DNA of 62,544 nt, filler included, from Collodictyon triciliatum (Eukaryota): the NCBI GenBank assembly GCA_043381765.1. It is 9 parts of 9 records of this genome, joined end to end, with 100 filler letters (N's around TTAATTAATTAA, not from the genome) between each part and the next. Parts side by side here need not be neighbours in the genome. Positions count along the whole stretch, not along the records: positions 1 to 7,559 come from JBHJMP010003841.1; positions 7,660 to 15,215 come from JBHJMP010003842.1; 7 more parts are not named here. One strand, 5' to 3'. Below the pieces are notes generated by a model. The model ran no database searches. It saw nothing but the letters and a program-made list of their open reading frames with translations, and was not told the DNA's origin. Positions within the stretch are counted from its first letter, which is position 1. The number at the start of each line of letters is the position of its first letter. Made by a program: the position numbers and the translations under genes. Shown here one piece after another: positions 1-11,949 of the stretch.

Positions 1-104
1 TTTTTATTCTTTTTATTCTTTTTATTCTTTTTATTCTTTTTATTCTTTTTATTCTTTTTATTCTTTTTATTCTTTTTATTCTTTTTATTCTTTTTATTCT
101 TTAT
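1..104. repeat. (TTTTTATTC)n tandem repeat; reads (AATAAAAAG)n directly after the 3' end of the adjacent non-LTR element
   Basis: 9-mer array seen directly; on the minus strand it follows ...CACAAAATTGA. Confidence 0.9.
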
Positions 105-633
105 TCAATTTTGTGCAGGATGGTGGAGATGTTGGCTTTGGTTCACTAGCCATCGTTTGCATGGATGCCACTTGCCGGCAGGGTGGCGGAGAAGTAGTGC
201 GTAAACAGGAATTGCATCCTGCGGTTTGGCTTGCAGCCTGGGTCTTGTGCTTGCATGAGAGAGGCAAGGCGAGGTTGAATATCTTTCCCAGCCTCTTTCC
301 ACATGTCTCTTCTCACAGGGTCTGATTATTAGAGAACGTGCAGGCGAAGAAAGCTGTTTAGGAAAGAGAGTTGTATGATGTCATCCAGCCTATTACCAGG
401 AATGGGTGGCTGGTTGTTGAGTCTTGCTTTGCGCGAGTATATGCGCACTATCCACATAGTCCATAGCAAATGGCCTCGCGTCACTGCCCAGAATGTTTTT
501 GCATATGGACGCAGCTGTTGCAGAGGCCCAAACATCGCCTGGATTGGACAAAAAGCTGCGGTCGTCTTGAGTGCCAGCCGAAGAATCTCGCCGGCTGTTT
601 TGCGCAGGTTTTGAGCGAAGGGACATTGCATAA
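105..633 (-). mobile_element. 5'-truncated L1/Tx1-like non-LTR retrotransposon, 3' end of ORF2 (copy 1)
   Basis: Encodes QCPFAQNLR...WAVTRGHLLWTMWIVRIYSRK, the helical region after the zf-RVT CCHC motif; clearly homologous to 14589-15215 and 39362-40026. Confidence 0.8.
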
Positions 634-2106
634 GTGAGGTGATAAAAGAGACTATTTTTAAATAAATATAAATTCCAAAAAAAAATCTAAATGGCCGGCC
701 AAGTGGGTCAAAAAGCTCTACATTGTGGAATTCTAGAAACATTTTACTAAAACAGGATAATTCTAAACCCCTAAAGTAAATTTTTGCCGGTTTAGACACA
801 TAGTAGTTAAGCTCTTTTTAGGCTGTGGTCTTGAGGGCCGTCGTTGGGGCACAATGGCGGCACAAAGGACGCACTTTAGCTTAAACTATACGATGGCAGC
901 AAAGACTTACAGGGCAAATGAATATGCCCTTGTCGGTGTGAAATAAAAATGCATAAAAACTAGAGTTCGAAGGTTGGTTGTGGTTGATGTTCGATTCTGT
1001 CATGTCTTCGCAACACTGACAGTGGGGTTCATTCGTCTTTGGCGTCTGCTAGGGTTGCGGAGGTTATTTCCCCTCGAGTCTCGGTGGTTTAAAGGCAAAA
1101 CATATTTTTTGTGGAAAGAACAGATTTTTCGGTTGTTCGGATTTGGTTGTTGAAATTTGGACGTCAACTAATACAATCCGTTTACGTCTGAAACATTAAA
1201 TGAAAGTATCCTGTTTGGACAAAATTCATTGCCTGTGCGGTAAAACTACCCGTAGACATCAACATACAAAAGTTGACGTCCAAAGCATTTTAGTTGTGAG
1301 GCTATATGCAAATCACCACCCTCACACGAAGAGGAAAAAATCGCATTGCACTGTCGCAATCACATCAGACACAGACCATTTGATGCTCACTCCAAGCACG
1401 AATGGTGTGCCTTGTCGTCCTTTCCATTGGCCTCAGCGTTATTTGTTCGTGCGTGCCATTGCTTTGTACCCACAAAACACAAGAGTGCCGCCTGGATGCT
1501 TCTTTATTTGCTTCGTTGAGTTGGGATGTGAGTAATCCTAGGGTTGACAAATAGAATGTTGGCGTTATTTGTTGGCTTCCTGTCCAAGGGCTTTTTTTCT
1601 TGGTGAGCTCTGTTAGAATCCTTCCATTCCATAGTATCATTGTAACTCATCAGCTTCGTTTATACCCGGTCTTGGCCATTACATCTGAGCTGAATGGACT
1701 CAATGCCATTAAGGCTCTTTTCTCCCTCGAATATACCTCTTGCCCGTGCAAAATCGTGTTGTGACTTCAAAGTAGTTTATTAATACACCCCTGCTCACAT
1801 TAGTCGCACGTTTCTTTCTGTTGATGGTTGATTGCTTTGTCGTTTTAACACTGTCTTCGCATTTGATCTCTAAAGCAGATCTCGTTAAGAAAACAACATA
1901 CCTCTTTATTAATCATGGATTTCACATTTTGTTTTCTAGTTGGTATAAAAATTTTGAAAGTATGCAACTCGGTGCTTATGCCAGCCATTCAAATACAACA
2001 TTAAGAACTTGTAATACTTTTTTTAAAATTATAAACATACAGCTCCAATCCTGTCAAAGGAAAAAGTATGTCTTCACAAGGAACTATATCAAACGCTGAA
2101 AGAATT

Positions 2107-3948
2107 ATGGAAACCACAACTCCTAACTCAAGGTAGAGTAAACCTCATCAAAAATACAGTAATGCTACCTTACCATTATTACTTTCAGAATTTGATTCAT
2201 CAGTTTAATCTATTTACACTTATTTTCTAAGTAGCTATAACTTACTTTACCCTAACAATTATTTTGGTATGGTAATGCAAAAGGCTAGCCAGTCGCGAGA
2301 TTAATGTCCTTCGAAATCAAATTGCTAGTATCAAAGATGACTTGGGAGGGTTCGTAATGTTCATTTTTAGAGGATGTTTGTGATCAATCCACTGGAGTTT
2401 CACTATATTTTGAGGAATGATTTGAAATTTTGTCTCCATGCAGTTTAAGTCCATTTCATGTCTTATGGGAGAAAAGCTATGAGAAGCCAACGTTCCAAGG
2501 GTTTCCAACTGTGAGTGAAGAATCCGTCACTAAGGCGCACTTCCCAGATTTCGGTTACCCTATGCACCTAATTCTGGTGCGCTCTTACACGATGAATCTC
2601 CAAGTGATTGTGGCTCCGCATATCCTGTGTTTACTTGATAAGATTTCCTTTCGTATCATCGACCACTTTGGAAATTCAGTTGAAAACATCCTTGGTTTGA
2701 AAGGTTCAGCTGATGTGTTGGTAAGATATTTTAGTAAGCAATATCCCATCGCTTCTCAAAAAAAAGTTAAAAAAATCATTCTATAATTATTATTTTCGCT
2801 ATTGCCGCTTAATGTTGCCCTTGATAAAAAAAATGGAATAACAATCCAGAAAAACACAAAGTATTTAAATCTTTCTAGATGCTTTGAATATTGCGATTTT
2901 CGTATCGAGTTCACAATTGAGCATATTATATACATAATTTTAATATTGTCTCTTGGTACTAGGACAAATGTTTTCTTCCATATGAAGAAAACATCAGAAC
3001 TTTCATGATGAGAGACATAGGATTTAACATGACCAGTCCGATGTACTACTCATCAAACTACACTGATTTTGTGCCGAACAAAAATGGAACTTTTAGAGGC
3101 GTCGTCACCATACACCTAAAGACTGGTGATGAAATATACACAGTCCTCCCTGAGTTTTGGTGTGTGAGTAAACCACCTGAGCGACAACCTGAGCTACTTT
3201 CACTTTATCGAATAATATCAACCAGGTATCGAAACCTGGAACATCCACCTATTCTTTGTGAAAGAGTAGAGGGGCTCGGTTATAAGAGATGCAAAGCCAT
3301 AGCTGTTTATGACGGTAAATTTAGATTTCCTTTTAGATTTCCAGCTTGACTTGCGTTACTATTAACCCAATCTAGAGTAAAATTTGATTATTACTCTTTG
3401 CAGGCCTCCTTGGAGGTTATTTTACAAGCTCTGTATCTGGACCTAGCTTTGTTAAATATTTCGATAGAAGTTCAGAGCTCATAAACGACCAAAAGGTTAT
3501 GATAAGAGTTCGGCATCCTACCAGTAGTACAGGGTCGCATATTTCTCGTGACATTGATGGAGACCCCATCTTTGATGATTTGATGACTCCAACTCAAACA
3601 GTTGAACACTGTGAATTTTACGGTAATCCCTCTGGTGAATCGTCTTGTCATAGTCAATCTTCCTTGACTACTACAGAGAAGGATGAAAACAGCTCTCGTG
3701 TATGTGTTGTCGTGGCGGTTCCACCACATTACAATCAAAACCAAATACCATTATATTACTCTACCAGACCACTGCCCAATCTCGGTTTGACTAGTGAAGA
3801 ACCGTCTGTAGCAATTGGGGATGGTAGCAAATCTCTTAAACCAAGTGCATTCAAGACTGGGCCTGAGGATACTCCGTGCCTTGTCGAAGACGATGACATG
3901 TTTTTTTTTTCAAAGTTAGTCCATATATGTTCTACCTTACATATTTGA
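2107..3948 (+). CDS. Spliced orphan protein (at least 4 exons), possibly an Ig-fold DNA-binding protein; 3' end uncertain
   Basis: METTTPNS-AG|gtagag...cag|T-LSPFHVLWEK...SADVL|gtaaga...tag|DKCFLPYEE...AVYD-G|gtaaat...cag|GC-LLGGYF; all junctions GT-AG and frame-consistent. Confidence 0.65.
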
Positions 3949-4014
3949 GTATCATCCTCTCAGAAACTTTCATTTCGATTTAATAATATAATCCCCCCCC
4001 CCCCCCCCCCTCAC

Positions 4015-4050
<36 letters not shown>

Positions 4051-5230
4051 TTTTTTTATACAACTTAATTGCCGCATTTCGACTCAGCAACTGATTCGTG
4101 TAACTATAAATCTTAGTTCACTCTCTCCATAACTCGGATAAAAGGGATTTGGTATCAGAAATGGACCATACTGCTAGTGACGCCTATCCTGTATCCCGGG
4201 TGGATACTGCGATTTATTATGTACTAAATAAGGAGTGAAGATGAACGGCTCAGCGTGAGATACACATATCTGATGTTTAGCAAATTCTGCATCCTAGTAT
4301 ATCGCCTTGGTTCGCATTCTCGACCTTAATGCAGATATAGCTCGTGGCAACTGGCTACAATCAAAAAAAAAAAATATGCATACCGGTACGCGCATGTAAT
4401 GCAGCATCCTCTATTGGAAATGGACACATTTTACCACAACCCCATTCATAAAAAAAAGACTAAAAAAACACGAAAAAAATAACTAAAAGGGTATCGATTC
4501 ACCGACAGCGGCATTTTATGCGTTGGCCAAGACGAAAATATGTTAGACTGTGAGAAGAGTGAGATAGACTGATAGAATAGGAGAAAATATTTGGTGTTTG
4601 GTTGGTCGGACGTTTTCTCTTTTATTAGATTAAAATAGTTAAGATTGGTTGCTATCTGTTTCATTGACATTCTTGATCAATTTATTCAAGTTTGGATGTC
4701 TCGGCCTTGGTGTGATTGCCTTCATACGAATAGCTACCGCTCAAAGATTGGTTGGCTGAGGAGTAGACAGGCCATTTTATCCGGGACAATCTGGGTGAGA
4801 AAAGTGAAACAGGAAAGGAACGTCTCATATGTTTGCGAAGAGCCGGTGCTCGTGGGTGAAATTCGAAATGAAAAATATATGGGGATGTATTGTTTGCATC
4901 TGCTGTTTCATCGTGATATGTCCCACATCCAGGCTATATTACATGCTACATGAGGATGTATAATGGTAAATGTCATTGGAAATGATCAAGCACAAAAGGA
5001 TATGGACAAATAGGATTGGACAACAAATATATATTTTTTGTTATAGGAAAGATAAACATATACACTGAGAAACTGCTGGAGTCTTGTGGTATATCTAGGT
5101 ACTTGCTCAGAAAATCATGAGTGCTTACTTGAGAAGAAGGGGGAAACAAGACAACTTGAAAAAAAAAAACCAGCGGAACGTGATTATATATGAAAAAGAG
5201 GATGGACAAGGAGTCATACATCATTTTGAT

Positions 5231-6867
5231 TTATTGGTCCATTGAGGTTCTATGAAAATCATTTGCACTCTTTAATGGGGGCTGCAAAAATGGCGCATCG
5301 ATTTCCTCTCTATTGAAGTAATGTATGTCTTTGGTTGTTGCTGCCTTATTAACTTTTCCAGAAGAGGACATAGGCGGATGATTCTATGGGAATGAAAGAG
5401 TTTTGGTTCTGTGTCGACTTGAAATGAGGAAGGGGATCAAATAGAATACAAAAATGAAGAAAAGGGAGTAGTAAATAAGAAAATATAGAGTAAGTTATCG
5501 AACAAAAGTATATATTGGAATAAAGATTTAGGATTTGGTGTATACAAAGAGGAATTTATGAAAATGAGTAACCTGTTGTGGTAAAGAGTTCTGATATTTT
5601 GAGTGGGGTGTATTTGGGTCTAAACAATTCTGGGGAGCTAAGAAGCTTGTATGATAATTTCCACAATGAGATTGACCATCAGGGAGAGCTGACCCAGCTA
5701 CATTGACATGTGATTGGTCGCGTGTTTGTTCTTCTTGTCGTTCCCTGGGAAGGGTCATGACTGTATTGAGCATTTTCATCACAGGCTGGTTTTGTTCCAC
5801 CCAAACTACAAACTTTGCCTGTTGCTGAGGGGTAAACAGAGTCCGAATTTCGTTGACACATCGTTGCAAAGAATCAAGGCGATGACATATTTCATCGCGA
5901 AGAAGGTCGAAGTTATGAATACAAGTTGTAAGTTCTTTGTTTTCGGCACGAATAAAGTCTCTATACTGGACCAGCCGCTGACGCTGTTCATCTGTCCAGC
6001 CCAATTCTTCTGATAGCATGCTCCAGATAGTTCCCCCAGAAGACTTTGAGCCCATGTCATAAAATTCGTCATGCTGATCAAGTCCCCATAGTATAAATTT
6101 GAGTTGCTGGGCAGGGATAAGCAAGTCTTTGATCTGCTCGAGATGGTAGAGAATGGCTGATTGACCTTGTTTGTAGCATATATCAGAAAACCGAGCGAGC
6201 AGCACGGCACAGTCTTTTTCTGTATCCTTTCCATTAACGAGCCCCTCCAATGCAATGGCTACTTTTCGCTGCTCGTCTCTAAGCTTCTCCTTGGTATACC
6301 AGTATTCTTGCTGAAGCTCCTGAATCCGGCTTGATAGTTGACCTACTTTCTCTTCCAATGAGTGGATATATGCTTTCTTTCTGTGCCTGCATAGCCTGGC
6401 AGATTCTCTATTCCGCTCTAGTCTGGTGAAGTATATGAATGTTAAATATAGACTTGAAAAATGAGCGAGAATGGTGATTGTGGTTTAAAATATATATCAC
6501 CCCTGAATATCATGATAATTGGTTCGCTTATTTAATTTGATGGATTTGAGAATCAGCTACTTTTTCGAGCGCTTGGATTCGTCTCCTACTGATTCGGACA
6601 TGTCATCGAGTCCTGAAAATGATTTTGAGTCATGAGTGGAGGCTGTTCCAAGTGTAATCAGACTAGGTTCACTGTATTCAAAAGATGAGGACGTTGGAAA
6701 CTTTGGGTATGGTCCTCGATGATGCGGTTGATGAGAGTGGGATGGTGCGTGAGAATGAGGCTGTGTTTGGATATTCATATGAGCATGTGGCGCTGGCTCT
6801 GGCTGTGAGTGTGGCAGCGGCTGCGAATGAAGCATCGAGTAACCTACGAATGCAGTTGTTTTACCAA

Positions 6868-6910
<43 letters not shown>

Positions 6911-7155
6911 ATCGGCTTTGAATGCAACTTTTTAAGGAATAGCCCATAAATACAGGCATCTAATCTGTTTTGCATCTACCGTTGAACTTCAGACATGCAA
7001 GAGTAAAATAATGCAAGCGAGTCAATAAAAGAATTTGGTCGGGTTCGATGAAGCAAAGGAAAATGGTACTCTGAAAATGGGAAGGCGGGTTCTCATGAGA
7101 ATTATCAAATATGAAGGGCTCAGTTCGTCTTCTGTCTAGTTGGCTGTTGGGCGGG
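5231..7155 (-). CDS. bZIP transcription factor with C-terminal helical domain (5' partial)
   Basis: Spliced basic region KRSKKLERNRESARLCRHRKKAYIHSLEEKVGQL plus zipper; His/Pro-rich upstream exon; protist-type PAQQLKFILW...ELGWTDEQ...FTPQQQAKFVVWV domain; last exon ends SMDQ-TAA. Confidence 0.85.
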
Positions 7156-7429
7156 CTGAAGAGTGTACCAAAGAGAGGGAAAGGTCGATTATTTAGTGTA
7201 AGATGTTATAAACTGTCATCTAGACTAATGGTAGATATGATTGTGACAGGGGTTGTTAATAAATAGCTTCTTTCTTATATAAAAATGTATCTTGGACAAC
7301 TGAATGTGGATCAATTGCAATGTTGTCTAGTAATTGACAGGCTGCAAGAGTGATGATATTCTTGTAAAGAGGAAGATAGCCTGAAGAATCATGATGTGCG
7401 AGGCAATGGTTTTTTTTTGGTTTTTTTTT

Positions 7430-7559
7430 GTTTCTTTGTTTCTTTGTTTCTTTGTTTCTTTGTTTCTTTGTTTCTTTGTTTCTTTGTTTCTTTGTTTCTT
7501 TGTTTCTTTGTTTCTTTGTTTCTTTGTTTCTTTGTTTCTTTGTTTCTTTGTTTCTTTGT
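7430..7559. repeat. (TTTCTTTG)n microsatellite at contig end
   Basis: Seen directly. Confidence 0.95.
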
Positions 7560-7659
7560 NNNNNNNNNNNNNNNNNNNNNNNNNNNNNNNNNNNNNNNNN
7601 NNNTTAATTAATTAANNNNNNNNNNNNNNNNNNNNNNNNNNNNNNNNNNNNNNNNNNNN
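7560..7659. other. Artificial contig linker N44-TTAATTAATTAA-N44 (also 15216-15315, 22871-22970, 30520-30619, 38169-38268, 45768-45867, 53409-53508, 61071-61170)
   Basis: Identical 100-nt spacers with stops in all six frames; intervening pieces are all about 7.5 kb and mostly end in microsatellites. Confidence 0.97.
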
Positions 7660-10600
7660 CAGATTCTTGCTGGTTGGCGGCGTCAGATTGTCTGCTTGGT
7701 GATGGCTCGGACATCTTCCTGTTGATTAAATGCGAATAATATATGGGATTAAGAATTGTTTAATGATATAATTTAATCGTATGCTATTCTCTCTGTTTGA
7801 CCGCCTCGGATGATTCAATACGATTAATCGGCTCGTAAAATTCCTCTCACTTTTGATTTTCATGATAACTCCACTAAAAGGAATATTATTCATACAAATC
7901 TCTCGGATATATATATTTTTGTATAATAGTGAGGGTTAAAACTCCACCCTTGATTACAATCTTATTTTTCTACTATAAAATGATGAATCTTTAACTAAGC
8001 CCATATTTGAAAGTTAAAAAAAAAGTAAAATATTGTGTGAATCATGAAAGATGAAGCCTTTTGAAACAAAGTATTTGCTTTTAAATTATGCATTATATTA
8101 TATTTGAAAAAAATATCTGAGAACAAAGAAATAATTAGTTTAGATCATTCCGACCCAATAGCCAAATAGTACTTGAATGTTCTTGATAAAAAAAAAGTAT
8201 TCTCATTTTATTAAGCAATCATATATACAAAAAAATGCATCTCAAATAATCCAGCAGCCGATGCGAAAGGCCTGTACATTCCGCTACATTCGTACGTATC
8301 CTCCAAGGAACGGCATGAAACTGTAAATGGGACAGCCTTTTAGTGATAACCTTTCCGTAATTTCGAATCGAAGATAATTGGGAGCCACAGTCTGAGCTGA
8401 AAGGAAACAAGCACTTTTTTTTACAAATTATTAATACCAACAAATGAAAATGTCGATTGCAATAACTATGAGACTTGCTCACTCATAATCCCGTAGATTT
8501 CGGAAATGGTTCGACAAATCTGCATATCTGTTGTATAATTCGGATTAAGATCAATATGATATATAATATTTGCCTTGTATGAATGCGGGTCAAGCAAAAT
8601 AAAATGAAAATATAAAGTTGGCATTTTAATTGTTTAACATATGATAAAGAAGAGGTGACTTCATGACCCATAGAACAGTCTAACTTTCAAATCAGGCATA
8701 ATCTGAGAAGATGAATCGTATTGTCAGAGTTTGAAGCATAGGCGGTGGACGCAAATCGACTAGCTCCGTATAGTTAATTTTTCTTAAAAAAAATCATTTT
8801 ATCGTACATAATTCTTGTTGAAATATGAATAATATCTGAGTACAAATAAGAAATACTCACAGAAGAAAGGGCGTGGTCTGTCTGCAAAAATGTGGTTCAG
8901 TCATCAAATTCAGGACTGAAAATATAAGCTTTTAACTCACGTGTTGAGTTGGAGGGGAGGGGTGTGTGGATTATTCGGAAATCTTCAAGCCTACAAATCC
9001 TGCAAAAAAAAGTATGAAGACGAGTAGAATGAGAATTGAAAACCCTTTTCCTTAAATCGCATAAAGAAGCATTATATAAGCATGAGTACAAAGCTCACCA
9101 TATAGTAAACCTTCATATGTTGGTGAAAAGGCCTCGAACGGTGGGTGTATAGAGGCAGTGCCAGTGCGTTGTTTGTATTCTCATATGTCCGGGGGAGGGG
9201 TGGTGTCTGGCGTATCTCTTTTTGGTGCGGGTTCATGACTTCAATAATACCGTTAGCCTGCTCTCTAAACAATTTCCGCTAAAAATTATCAATTGTTTAC
9301 ATAATTAAATATGATTCCTGATACGAATTCGGACGGCGTGACGGAGGCACAAGTTAGGCTTTTTCTGTTCTCTATTGAAATATTTAAACTTTTCATAAAA
9401 TGTATGTGAATATAGAAGCGTCATATGAAGTTGCTTCACTGCCAAGGGAAACTCCTAAAATAGGGAATTGAGACTGTTTTAAGAGAGTTTAGTAAACGAA
9501 CATAAGCATTCATCTTTCTCTGTAAAACAATTAAATTACTAATTGTCTGGTGTAAACGCGGCATTGTAGCGTAGATGCATGTTCTTCTGATCCAAACCAA
9601 CAAATACCACTAAATGATTCTTGAGTCTGCATGATAGGGAAAAATTAATCTGGATACTATGAATTCATTTTAATCTCTTGTGTGAGCCATTAATCATAAA
9701 GTCATATGTACCTTGAATTTGTAGGAGCCGCAAGAAAGTCATTTCCCAGTCTCCTTAGATTTGAAAATCATAGTTTTCTGATTTTTTTGGTATTTTTTGA
9801 ATGATTAAACAAAGACGTACTTACTTCCACACACAACACACACAACACACACAACACACACAACACCCCCACCGTGCGTTCTTAGGCCTTTACTTCAGGC
9901 CATCGGGAAAACTAGGAGCCGCCGATCCACCACCCCTCCCCCTCCTCCAAGTAGTAGATCCAAACAGTTCCCTTTCCCACGGATTTTTGTCTTTTCTCCC
10001 TTCCATTTCAACAGTATCTGAGTTTTTCCATGACTTTAGTTTGAACATTTTCCGATTCAAAATGAATAATCAATGCTTAGTATGGTATATTGAATAAAAT
10101 TATGCGATTTTTCAGCTGGTCTATGAATTAGCCAGGTTGGACCTTTTATCGAAAAAAAGGGCATTGGCACAGAATGGAGTTTGTTTGATTCTCATTTTGT
10201 TATATTTTTGCTAGGCGAATTGAAGCTCAGTGTGTGTATTTTGTGTTCTATTGTTGAGTATCAATCATGTGATCAATTATCTGTCATGAAATTTATTATC
10301 CTGATCATTTTTTTTTTGTTTTTAGAAGTAAAACATACCAAATTTTTTTGTATGATAAATTTATCAGATCCACACTGTTCTACTATGAGAATGCTTGTGA
10401 ATTCTGGCCTAAAGATTTTACTCTATTGTAAAATGTGCGTTGAATATGTTAATTAAGGATTTTTCTATGTATTGAGATAATTCAACATATAATATAAATA
10501 AAAAAATATTCCTTATAAAAATGAAACGAACAAAATTCACAATATGGCTAGTATATGACCTAAAATTGCGAGCGCAAAGACTTCTGTGCGGTGAGATAGG

Positions 10601-11949
10601 GAAAAATGAGCCTATTTGGCCAGTTCGTCAGATGCTACTATAAAAAGCATTTGTTAGATTCCACTGAGAAAGCATTAAAATTACTCTATCCGTAATTTTG
10701 TATATCTGGTGGATATCTGAAATGATTAAACTTTTTTGTTCCTTAATTCGATTCAAAGTGCAGCGCGGTTTTGTCATACAAAGGGACAAGATAAGTGCGC
10801 CTGGTAGAGAGCAAACGCGAGTAGAAGACACCACCTAAGGAAAGGCAAGCAATATCTATAATGTTTATTTTAAAATCATTTCATGTCGTAAAATTCAATC
10901 ATCTTTGTTTTTCGAACATATATTCTTATAATTCATCCATCATCCAATATCATTTGTGCTCATGTGTGAGATAAAGAAAAATTTTGTAATGATAACAAAG
11001 AAGCAGAGTCTACTACTTTCTTAGGATTGTATAATCAAAGGACTCATGTATTAAGCCATGTTAAGTGTATCATACTTAAATACGACTAATTGAAGTGTAG
11101 TTTTGCGACTATCTCCAGACTATTTGGAATGTACAATTGTTTGTTTAAGTTTCCAAAATATTGAGGTTTAATATAGTATAATTCAACTATATATATGTAT
11201 GTTTTTTGGAGTCTATCCAACAAATCAAAAGCATTACTCTTACGAATCCACTATTGCCTTTGTTTCAGAAGTTGTGCTGTATGTAAGCTATTGCTTGTAA
11301 TCGACTGGATACTAAATGTGAATTGATCAATAAAAACGATTTCTAAAATTTAACGAAATCAATATAAAAAAAAGAATGGGGTAGTAAATATCAGAAACAG
11401 TAAATAGAGTAACCGCTTCTTCATCACGCAGATTTCTTCCTCTTCTTCGGTGGTGGGAAATATTCGAGTGAACAACTAATGTTGCGGATTATCTAATTAT
11501 TATTATAATTTAAAAATTACATCATGGCGTCAATAAAAAAGTATTTTTTGATACACCTTACTTGTTAAAAGGTTTCATTATTAAATTTCTGGTGCCAAAT
11601 GATCAGCTTCAGTCGCAGGATGCCGTCATTATAGATGAACTTTTCCTCCCTTTTTTGCCATAGCTCAACCATTTTCTCTATCATATGGACAGTGAGGGTT
11701 ATTAAGGTATTGTTTATAATAGCATGACTAATAAAAATAAATGTTATCATATATTTTGATACGGCCTGCAGTTAATGAAAAAAAACTTAACAATCATAAT
11801 AAAAAGACAATGATAAATAACTCATCTCTTACCCTTACTCATAGCGATTCCCCGAGCACAATAAACGATGAGTTGTTTAGACTGTTATCCTGATAGTATG
11901 TTCCCAGGCACGTTAAATTGACAGCAGCTTCGCTTGATAATAAAATAAA

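Noticed and set aside
1320-1560. Possible piggyBac-like Cys-rich C terminus on the minus strand (RRHSCVL...CLE*ASNGLCL)
   Set aside because: Needs frameshifts and stops; no DDD core, TIR or TTAA boundary seen
7560-7659. Recurring TTAATTAATTAA motif every ~7.6 kb
   Set aside because: Artificial six-frame-stop linker inside N runs; the regular spacing reflects similarly sized contigs, not biology
7660-7714. MSEPSPSRQSDAANQQES as first exon of the bZIP gene
   Set aside because: It lies across a linker on another contig; may start an unrelated gene
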